The notes under the pieces are model-generated. The model was not told where the DNA came from, searched no databases, and saw only the letters and a program-made list of their open reading frames with translations. Positions 17,889 to 25,643 of a stretch of DNA of 53,400 nt are shown here, piece after piece. Position numbers and translations under genes: made by a program. Where the stretch lies: NCBI GenBank assembly GCA_046590315.1, contig JBKJTX010000190.1, positions 1 to 53,400 on the forward strand, written 5' to 3'. The stretch is from Ramlibacter sp. (GTDB taxonomy: Bacteria; Pseudomonadota; Gammaproteobacteria; Burkholderiales; Burkholderiaceae_C). Each line of letters begins with the position of its first letter. Position 1 is the first letter of the stretch.

Positions 17889-17906
17889 ATTGAACAAGCG
17901 TTCAAT
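17889..17906. promoter_or_regulatory. Palindromic operator candidate upstream of the ABC operon
   Basis: ATTGAAC-AAGC-GTTCAAT: perfect 7-bp arms, about 23 nt before the binding-protein ATG and just downstream of the TetR gene. Confidence 0.55.
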
Positions 17907-17928
17907 CAACCCCTGCATCAAGGATCAC

Positions 17929-19002
17929 ATGCGCCACCTTACTCATCGGGCTCGAAGCGTCGTGGCAGTCGCCGCTGCGGCCTTTTTTTCTATCTCCGCT
18001 TTTGCCGCTGACGTCGAATTGCTTCCCAAGGGCCTGATGAGCCCGACTTCGACCGAGCAAACCAAACCCGACCAGTTCAAGAAGGCGCCGCCTTGGCGCA
18101 TCGGCGTCTCCTTTGGCGGGGTCGGCAACACCTGGATCGTCCAGATGATCCAGGAAATGCGCCACGAAGCCGCGTTGCACAAAGAGATCGGCGAGTTCAT
18201 CTTCGTCGAAGCCAACTGGCAACCCGCCAAGCAAGTGGCGGACGTCGAGGACCTGCTCACCCGCAAGGTCGACGCGATCATCATCGGGCCGATCTCCGCA
18301 GCAATCGGCGCTCCGCTGGCCGAAAAGGCTCTCAAGGCGGGCATGCCGGTGGTGGTGTTCGGCGCCTTCGGCAAGGCCATGCCGTCCAGCGTGGAAGTGT
18401 TCGCGGGCGGTGAACTGTTTGGTCGCCAGGGCGGCGAATTCCTGCGCAAGGAGCTCAATGGCAAGGGCGATATCTGGGCATTCCGCGGCGTTGCCGGCGT
18501 CGAGGAAGAAACGCTTCGCTACAACGGCTTTCGCAAGTCGATCGCCGGATCCGACATCAAGATCACAAACGAAGTGTTCGGCGACTGGAACTACGCCAAG
18601 AGCAAGCAGCTTTGCGAAAACCTGGTGCTGACAGGCAGCAAGGTCGACGGCATCTGGTTCTCCGGCGCCGAGATGACCCGCGCCTGCCTGGACGTCTTCA
18701 AGGAAAGCGGCAGGGCGCTGGTGCCCATGACCGGCGAAGGCAACAACGGCTTCCTGCGTGCCTGGAAAGCGACGGGCGTGAAGAGCGTTGCGCCCTTGTT
18801 CACGCCGGGCCTGGGCGCTGCGGTGGTGCGTGCGCAGGTGGCGTTGCTGCAGGGCAAGCCGATGTACAAGTCCTACTTCTCCTCGCCGAACGCGATTGGC
18901 CAATCCGAGATCGACAAGTACTACCGCACCGATCTGAACGACGCCTACTGGTTCCCTTCTACCCTGCCTGAACCAAAGCTTAAAGAACTGTTCCGCCGCT
19001 GA
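17929..19002 (+). CDS. Sugar-type (RbsB-like) ABC transporter substrate-binding protein
   Basis: Start refined to ATG 17929. Signal peptide ending SAFA; KQVADVEDLLTRKVDAIII, FRGVAG, RYNGF, GDWNYAK. Confidence 0.88.
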   Translation: MRHLTHRARSVVAVAAAAFFSISAFAADVELLPKGLMSPTSTEQTKPDQFKKAPPWRIGVSFGGVGNTWIVQMIQEMRHEAALHKEIGEFIFVEANWQPAKQVADVEDLLTRKVDAIIIGPISAAIGAPLAEKALKAGMPVVVFGAFGKAMPSSVEVFAGGELFGRQGGEFLRKELNGKGDIWAFRGVAGVEEETLRYNGFRKSIAGSDIKITNEVFGDWNYAKSKQLCENLVLTGSKVDGIWFSGAEMTRACLDVFKESGRALVPMTGEGNNGFLRAWKATGVKSVAPLFTPGLGAAVVRAQVALLQGKPMYKSYFSSPNAIGQSEIDKYYRTDLNDAYWFPSTLPEPKLKELFRR

Positions 19003-19010
19003 CCGGACCC

Positions 19011-20588
19011 ATGCGAGCTGCGGCCCATGTGCCGGTTGCCGTGGGCGGCGCCGAAGGAGAACTGATCGCCCTGCGCGACGTGTCGAAGAGCTTCGGCTCG
19101 ACGGCGGCGCTGCGGGGCGTCACGGTTACCGGCCATGCCGGTTCGATCCATGCAATCACGGGCGAAAATGGCGCGGGCAAATCCACGCTCATGAAGCTGC
19201 TGGCCGGCGTCTACCAACCCGATGCCGGCGAAATTCTGGTGTGCGGCCGCCCTACGGCCTTGCCCAATCCGGTGGCGGCGCGGCGCGCCGGCATCTCCAC
19301 GGTGTTTCAGGAATTGACCGTGCTGCCCAATCTGACGGTTGCGGAAAACCTCATGCTCGGGCGTGAGCCCACGCGGCTGGGCCTACTGCACCGCGCCCGC
19401 ATGAACCGCGAGGCCGGCCAGGTGCTGGCCAACATCGGTATCGATATCGACCCACAGCGTTCTTGCGCGAGCTTGAGCGTGGGCGAGCAGCAGCTTGTCG
19501 AGATCGCCAAAGGCGTCTCCACCGATGCTCAGGTCTTCATCTTCGATGAGCCCACGGCACCTCTGAATCGCGCCGAGGTGGACAAGCTCGAGGCGTTGCT
19601 GCATGGATTGCGTGCGCAAAACAAATTGATTTTCTACATCAGCCACCGGCTTGACGAGATCTTCCGCCTTTGCGACACCGTGACCGTCCTGAAGGATGGC
19701 CAATGGGTGGCGACCGAACCGACTGTGTCGCTCTCGCAGGCGCGCCTGATCACGCTGATGGTGGGGCGTCCGTTGCAGGATTTGTTTCCGCCACGGCGGC
19801 CGGCGCCCACGGGGCCGGCGGCGCTGGACGTGCGCCGCCTGGTGCCGCGAACGGGCGGCCCGGCCTCACGCTTGATCGTGCGCCGCGGCGAGATCGTGGG
19901 CCTCGGGGGGTTGGAGGGGCAGGGCCAGCAGGACATCCTGCGCAGTCTCGCCGGTGTGATTGCCCCGGCGGAGTGCGACATTGAACGCACGCGGCCGGAC
20001 GGGCAGCCCGAGGTCTTCGATCCGCGTCACGGCGTAGTGCGATGTGTTCGCGAAGGCCTGGGCTTCATTCCGGAAGACCGGAAACTGGAGGGCCTGTATC
20101 TGCAGTTGCCCATCGACAGCAACATCTGGCTTGGGAAGCTTCGAGGACTCGGCCTGTTGCGACACGCGCCGCGCGAACGTTCGGTGGCCGAAGACATCGC
20201 TGCCCGTACGCAACTGCGCGCCCGTGACCTCGGCCAGGACGTGGATGCGCTGTCCGGCGGCAACCAGCAGAAGGTGATGGTGGGCCGCTGGCTGGCGGCA
20301 GGTGTCGACACGCTGCTGATCGAACAGCCCACGCGCGGCGTCGACGTGGGTGCCAAAGCCGAGATCTATGGGCTGGTGCGCGCGTTCGTTGAACAAGGCG
20401 GAGCCGTTCTGGTGTTGTCTTCCGACCTCCCCGAATTGATCGGCTTGTGTGACCGGATTCTCATCGTGCGCGGAGGCACCATCACCGGCGAGATGGAGGC
20501 AGCGAGCGCCACCGAGGAAAGTCTGCTGGCGCTCGCCTTGGGCAGCACGCATGTACAACACCCCGCTCCTCTGGAGGCGCTCTCGTGA
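19011..20588 (+). CDS. Sugar ABC transporter ATP-binding protein (two-domain RbsA type)
   Basis: GENGAGKSTLMK, IFDEPT, YISHRLDE, PEDRKLEG, LSGGNQQKV, PTRGVDVGAK. Confidence 0.93.
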   Translation: MRAAAHVPVAVGGAEGELIALRDVSKSFGSTAALRGVTVTGHAGSIHAITGENGAGKSTLMKLLAGVYQPDAGEILVCGRPTALPNPVAARRAGISTVFQELTVLPNLTVAENLMLGREPTRLGLLHRARMNREAGQVLANIGIDIDPQRSCASLSVGEQQLVEIAKGVSTDAQVFIFDEPTAPLNRAEVDKLEALLHGLRAQNKLIFYISHRLDEIFRLCDTVTVLKDGQWVATEPTVSLSQARLITLMVGRPLQDLFPPRRPAPTGPAALDVRRLVPRTGGPASRLIVRRGEIVGLGGLEGQGQQDILRSLAGVIAPAECDIERTRPDGQPEVFDPRHGVVRCVREGLGFIPEDRKLEGLYLQLPIDSNIWLGKLRGLGLLRHAPRERSVAEDIAARTQLRARDLGQDVDALSGGNQQKVMVGRWLAAGVDTLLIEQPTRGVDVGAKAEIYGLVRAFVEQGGAVLVLSSDLPELIGLCDRILIVRGGTITGEMEAASATEESLLALALGSTHVQHPAPLEALS

Positions 20589-21502
20589 CAATGTTTCGTA
20601 CCGGTGTCAGCCGCTACACCCTCGGCTTGCCCATCCTGCTGTTCGCCGTGCTGGCCGTAGGCGCAACTAACTTCTTGCAGCCGCAAAATCTGTCCAATGT
20701 CAGCGGCCAGATCACTGCCTTGCTGATCGTGACGCTCGGGCAACTCGTCGTTGCCCTGGTTGCGGGCATTGATCTGTCGGTCGCCTCGGTAGTGAGTTTG
20801 GCCGGCTGCATCGTGGTCACGCAGCCCGATCCGGTGGTCGGGGTCGCTCTGGCCCTCGCCATGGGCCTCGTGGTGGGGCTGGTGAATGGTCTCGGCGTGG
20901 CGGTGGCGGGGTTGCACCCCCTTGTCATGACCTTGAGCAGCATGACGTTTTTGCAAGGCGTGGCTTTTCTGGTGTTGCCGATTCCAGGCGGCCAGGTGCC
21001 CGCCGCGCTCGGCCGGCTTGCCAACGGCACGCTGTGGGGATTGCCGCAGCCATTGCTGTGGTGCGCTGCCTGCGCGGGCCTGCTGGGTTTACTGCTGCAC
21101 CGCACGCGCCTCGGGCTGCATCTCTTTGCCGTGGGCGCGAACCCCCGAAGCTCACACCTCAATGGCGTGCGTGCTGTGTCTGTCGTCGTCACCGCCTATG
21201 TGCTGTGCAGCTTGCTGGCTGTCGTCGCAGGCGTGTACCTCTCCGCGCGCGTGGCATCCGGTGACCCGACCATGGGCGCTTCGTTCGGGCTGGAGTCCGT
21301 CACCGCCATTGCGCTTGGCGGTGTACACCTTACCGGCGGTGTGGGCAGCATTCTGGGCGCGGTCACCGGCGCGTTGAGCCTCGGCCTGATCACCAACGGC
21401 ATCAACCTGTTTGGCGTGTCGCCGTTCCTGCGCGGCGCCGTGACGGGCTTGCTGCTAATGGCTGCGGTGTGCGCCCAGCGGCGCAAGTCGGTGGGCCTAT
21501 GA
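20585..21502 (+). CDS. Sugar ABC transporter permease (RbsC type)
   Basis: GIDLSVAS, FAVGANP, LESVTAIALGGVHLTGGVG; highly hydrophobic. Confidence 0.9.
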   Translation: MTMFRTGVSRYTLGLPILLFAVLAVGATNFLQPQNLSNVSGQITALLIVTLGQLVVALVAGIDLSVASVVSLAGCIVVTQPDPVVGVALALAMGLVVGLVNGLGVAVAGLHPLVMTLSSMTFLQGVAFLVLPIPGGQVPAALGRLANGTLWGLPQPLLWCAACAGLLGLLLHRTRLGLHLFAVGANPRSSHLNGVRAVSVVVTAYVLCSLLAVVAGVYLSARVASGDPTMGASFGLESVTAIALGGVHLTGGVGSILGAVTGALSLGLITNGINLFGVSPFLRGAVTGLLLMAAVCAQRRKSVGL

Positions 21503-22470
21503 GCACCATCGTCGCACCGCTCCTTGCCTCGCCGAAGCGCTGGTCCACGTTTGCAGCACGCTTGCTGCGGCTGCCGCCCGCCTATCTTGGCCTGGCCGTG
21601 CTGGTTTGTATGGCGGCACTTCTGCGGCCGCAATTGCTTTCGCTCGGACTCTTGCCGCTGATCGCGCGCCAAGCCGCGCCGCTCGGGCTCGCGGTGATCG
21701 GCCAGTCGGTGGTGATGCGGGCCGGCTCGATCGATCTGTCCGGCGGCGGGGTCATCGTCGCCGTGGCGTACCTTCTCACCAGCGGGTTCGTCGAACTGCC
21801 GCTGTCCGTGCTCGTGGGGCTGTGCGTTGCGCTGGGGCTGGTGGTGGGCGTCATCAACGGCGTGCTGATCGTCGGTGCGCGGGCATCGTCCATGATCGTC
21901 ACGCTCGCGATGTCGATGATCCTGAGCGGCATCGTCATCGCGCTTTCGCAGATGCGCGCACCGGGGCAGGCGCCCGACCTCCTGCGGGAAGTCGCCACGT
22001 TACGGCTGATGGGCATCCCAGTGCCGGTTTTACTTTGGCTGGCCATCCTGGTGCCCGCGGCAGTGATGCTCAGGCGCTCGGTGTTTGGCCGTTACCTGGA
22101 CGCGGTCGGCGCCAACCCGCGTGCGGCCGCGCTCTCCGGAATTCCCCATCTGCGCGTCGTTTTCGCGAGCCATGTCGTGTCCGCGCTGCTGTCGGTCCTC
22201 TGCGGCTTCGTGCTGGTCGGCTTCGTGGGCGTTGGCAGCACGACCCTGGGCCAGGATCTGGCGCTCAACTCACTCGCCGCGGCCATCCTTGGCGGCGTCA
22301 GTTTTGGCAGCGGCCGGGGCGGCATGGCCGGGCCGGCCGTCGCAGCTTTCATGCTGACCTTCTTTTTCAATTTCCTCACCAGCCTGGGCCTCGGCGAGCC
22401 AGGCCGCCTGATGCTGCAGGGAGGGATCATTGCCGCGGCAGCGCTGTTCCACAGCCTTGGCCGGCGCTGA
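21499..22470 (+). CDS. Sugar ABC transporter permease (second subunit)
   Basis: Start ATG 21499 (ATGA overlap). GSIDLSGG, AVGANPRAAALSGI, LNSLAAAILGGVSFGSGRG. Confidence 0.9.
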   Translation: MSTIVAPLLASPKRWSTFAARLLRLPPAYLGLAVLVCMAALLRPQLLSLGLLPLIARQAAPLGLAVIGQSVVMRAGSIDLSGGGVIVAVAYLLTSGFVELPLSVLVGLCVALGLVVGVINGVLIVGARASSMIVTLAMSMILSGIVIALSQMRAPGQAPDLLREVATLRLMGIPVPVLLWLAILVPAAVMLRRSVFGRYLDAVGANPRAAALSGIPHLRVVFASHVVSALLSVLCGFVLVGFVGVGSTTLGQDLALNSLAAAILGGVSFGSGRGGMAGPAVAAFMLTFFFNFLTSLGLGEPGRLMLQGGIIAAAALFHSLGRR

Positions 22471-22509
22471 AAAGCAGCAGGCTATTTATCCAAGTCATTC
22501 GGAGAACAC

Positions 22510-23268
22510 ATGAACGAAGAACCCATCCTCGCCGGAGCGGAACCTTTCTTTTTCCGCGGCAACGACATCGGCGTCCTGGTCTGCCACGGCTTCACCGGAA
22601 GCACACAGAGCATGCGCTACCTCGGCGAGTCTCTGCATCGCGCCGGCTATACCGTCATCGGCCCGCGGCTGCGGGGCCACGGTGTATCGCCGCAGGCGAT
22701 GGGCCGCACCACGGCTTCGGACTGGATCGCTTCAGTCGAAGAGGCGTTGGCAACGCTGCGCGAAACCTGCACACAGATCTACATGACCGGGCTGTCGATG
22801 GGCGGGACCCTCACGCTGTACATGGCCGCGATGCACCCTGACGTGATCCTGGGGGCGGTTCCGATCAACGCGACTGTGGGCATCGGCAATGCCGACCTGG
22901 CTGCACTGGTGTTCGATCCCGCTGCGCCCGAAACCGTGCCGGGGATCGGATCCGACATCAAGGCGCCCGGCGTGAAGGAGCTGGCGTACCCGGATGTGCC
23001 GGTGGCTGCCCTGCGGCATCTGTTTGCCCTGGTGGGCGTGACCAACGCGCTCCTGCCGCGCATCAAGTGTCCGACATTGGTGATTCAGGCTCACGACGAT
23101 CATGTGGTGGAGCCCTCCAACGGCCCACGCATCGTGCAGACCATCGGCTCCGCCCGGGTGGAACTGCAGTGGCTGTCGGAGTCGTACCACGTGGCCACGC
23201 TCGACAACGACAAGGACGCCATCTGTACTAGCACCATTGCGTTCATCCGGTCCATCGCCGGCCGGTAG
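22510..23268 (+). CDS. Alpha/beta hydrolase, monoacylglycerol-lipase/carboxylesterase type
   Basis: GAEPF, VLVCHGFTG, GLSMGG nucleophile, DHVV Asp, SYHVATLD His. IGSDIKAPGVKELAY cap resembles Bacillus monoacylglycerol lipase (from recall). No signal peptide. Confidence 0.85.
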   Translation: MNEEPILAGAEPFFFRGNDIGVLVCHGFTGSTQSMRYLGESLHRAGYTVIGPRLRGHGVSPQAMGRTTASDWIASVEEALATLRETCTQIYMTGLSMGGTLTLYMAAMHPDVILGAVPINATVGIGNADLAALVFDPAAPETVPGIGSDIKAPGVKELAYPDVPVAALRHLFALVGVTNALLPRIKCPTLVIQAHDDHVVEPSNGPRIVQTIGSARVELQWLSESYHVATLDNDKDAICTSTIAFIRSIAGR

Positions 23269-23347
23269 CAGCAACTGCTGAGGAGCCCAGGGGGCGCCCC
23301 GTTCGATTGGCAACTAGGCCGACCCGAAGCGTGATTCAATCCCCTTA

Positions 23348-25639
23348 GTGTCAATCTCAGAACATCTGACTCCGCCTGGGCAATCCGACCTAAAGACCAT
23401 CTTGCGCGACACCTCGCAACTGCAGCGGGGTTTGCTCGTATTGGCATTGACACTGCCTTTGATGCTCGTGGCGTGGTACTGCTGGAATCAACGTGTTCAG
23501 GTGCTGGAGCAGGCGCGCCAGACCGCAGCTCGATCGGCGGTTGCGTTGGAACAGCACGCAGCCAATATGCTGGACGTTCACACGCTCATTCTGCGGCAGT
23601 TGGACGACTTGACCCAGGGACGCTCAGGCGACGAGATCAACGGGGATGCCCGGCTGAGACAGACCGCGACGAGCTTGACCAGAGACTTTCAGCAAGTATC
23701 GATCGTGGGCCTGGCGGATGCAGATGGAAAAATCTGGCTCAGCAGCGTGCCAGGCGCAACCAAAAGCGCGTCCATTGCGGACCGCGATTATTTTTTGGCC
23801 CACAAAACCGGCGCCGCGCAGGGCGTCTATATCAGTGAGGCATTTACTGGCCGCTTGAACGGCGTGCGCCAGTTCAGCATCAGTCTCCGGCGAACGACCC
23901 CCTCCGGCGCTTTTGAGGGGATCGTTTTTGCAACTGTGCCGCTGACGTATTTGACCCAGTTCTGGGATCAGTTCACACCGCCACCGGGCCACCTGATTAC
24001 GCTGCTCAGAAGTGACGGCGCGTTGATCATTCGCCATCCAACTGCCGATCCTGCGCCTCGCCTCAACCCACAAGATCCGTTCATGACGCAGCTGCAGCGG
24101 GCCCCGCGCGGTCTGTACACGGCGAAGTCGCAGGGGGATGGCGTTGAACGCTTCAATGCCTACAGCCAAATCAAAAGCTATCCGCTTTTCGTCAGCTTCG
24201 GCGTCGAGCCTGCTTGGGTACTGCGCGAATGGAGGGGCGAAAGCTTGATGGCTGCTTTCATCGCCGTTTTTTCGGCGCTCACACTCGCTCTGCTTTGGCT
24301 GGCAGTGGTGCGCCAATCGCACGACCACAGGGTTTCCGCAGCGCGTTGGCAAGCGATTGCAGAAGACCTCAAGCTTGAAGTCGAGCGGCGCAAAGAGGCG
24401 GAAGAGGCCATGCGGCAGAGCCAAAAAATGGAAGCTGTCGGGCAACTCGCTGGCGGCATTGCGCACGACTTCAATAACATGCTGGCGGCTCTTGTAGTCA
24501 ACATCCAGCTGATGCGCCGGCGGCTGGGCCAGGGCCTGCACCACGACCTGCCCCGCTATATCGCCGCTGTCGAATCCATCGCCGCCAATGCGGCAGCGAT
24601 GACCCAGCGGCTGCTGGCGTTTTCGCGGCGGCAGACGCTTGCCCCGACACCCCTCGATGTAAAAAGTCGGATCCATGCCATGCACGAGCTCATCACTCAA
24701 ACAGTTGGACCCGCGATCCGTTTTCGCACGGCACTGGAGCATGCGCCGTGCAACACCGTGTGCGATCCCCACCAGCTTGACAGCGCCCTGCTGAATCTCT
24801 CCATCAACGCGCGCGACGCCATGCCGGGTGGTGGAGAGCTGACGATCAGCGCAACGCGAACGGATTTAACTGACATGCAGGCAGCCGCACTGCAACTGCC
24901 TGGGGAAGTTGCATATATTCTCATCCGCGTTAAAGACAGTGGCGAAGGGATGACTGCCGAAACGATTCAACGCGCCTTCGAGCCATTCTTCACCACCAAA
25001 CCCACAGGGCAAGGAACTGGGTTGGGGTTGTCCATGGTTTATGGCTTTGTTGCTCAATCCGGCGGGCAAATCAAAATCAGTTCAGAGCCAGGTGTGGGCA
25101 CCGAAGTAGCGATCTACCTGCCCGCTTATGAGGGCGAGCTGGCGTTGCCGAACACAGCATCGGATATCAAAGAAACAGGTCAAACAAAAAGCGAGATGTG
25201 CGTTCTCCTGGTGGATGATGAGATCGCGGTACGCGAGCCGTTGGTCGAGCTGCTGGTTGAACTGGGGTATACGGTGCTGCAGGCGGGGGATGGCATGGAG
25301 GGCCTGGGTGTCTTGAAAACCAACCCGCAGGTCAATTTGCTGATTAGCGATGTCGGAATGCCCGGCCCCCTGAACGGTCCTCAACTGGCGGCCGCCGGGC
25401 GAGCGCTGCGGCCGGAGCTGAAGGTTTTGTTTATTACCGGCTATGCCGACATAGCTGCCAGCGAAGATGTCTTGGCCGTGCAAGGCATGGAAATTATGAT
25501 CAAGCCCTTCGGACTGGCTGAGTTCGAGCTCAAGGTTTCCAGCATGACACGTGCCTCGACGGACAGCGCAGTCAATGCAGTGGTACCTGACGCCGGCAAC
25601 ACGAAGGTTGTGAACGATCATGAACACATGAACACATGA
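23348..25639 (+). CDS. Hybrid sensor histidine kinase (dCache-HisKA-HATPase-REC)
   Basis: Two TMs flanking ADRDYF (Cache); SQKMEAVGQLAGGIAHDFNN, NARDAMP, FEPFFTTK, GTGLGL; REC VLLVDDE...LLISDVGMPG. Start uncertain. Confidence 0.9.
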   Translation: MSISEHLTPPGQSDLKTILRDTSQLQRGLLVLALTLPLMLVAWYCWNQRVQVLEQARQTAARSAVALEQHAANMLDVHTLILRQLDDLTQGRSGDEINGDARLRQTATSLTRDFQQVSIVGLADADGKIWLSSVPGATKSASIADRDYFLAHKTGAAQGVYISEAFTGRLNGVRQFSISLRRTTPSGAFEGIVFATVPLTYLTQFWDQFTPPPGHLITLLRSDGALIIRHPTADPAPRLNPQDPFMTQLQRAPRGLYTAKSQGDGVERFNAYSQIKSYPLFVSFGVEPAWVLREWRGESLMAAFIAVFSALTLALLWLAVVRQSHDHRVSAARWQAIAEDLKLEVERRKEAEEAMRQSQKMEAVGQLAGGIAHDFNNMLAALVVNIQLMRRRLGQGLHHDLPRYIAAVESIAANAAAMTQRLLAFSRRQTLAPTPLDVKSRIHAMHELITQTVGPAIRFRTALEHAPCNTVCDPHQLDSALLNLSINARDAMPGGGELTISATRTDLTDMQAAALQLPGEVAYILIRVKDSGEGMTAETIQRAFEPFFTTKPTGQGTGLGLSMVYGFVAQSGGQIKISSEPGVGTEVAIYLPAYEGELALPNTASDIKETGQTKSEMCVLLVDDEIAVREPLVELLVELGYTVLQAGDGMEGLGVLKTNPQVNLLISDVGMPGPLNGPQLAAAGRALRPELKVLFITGYADIAASEDVLAVQGMEIMIKPFGLAEFELKVSSMTRASTDSAVNAVVPDAGNTKVVNDHEHMNT

Positions 25640-25643
25640 ACGA
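25620..25643 (+). repeat. 8-bp tandem repeat ATGAACAC x2 plus ATGAACGA at the kinase/phytochrome junction
   Basis: ATGAACAC ATGAACAC ATGAACGA read directly at 25620, 25628 and 25636. Confidence 0.8.

Noticed and set aside
21606-22841. 411-aa plus-strand alternative-frame ORF
   Set aside because: It overlaps the permease and esterase in another frame; an Arg/Ala/Gly-rich artefact of high GC.
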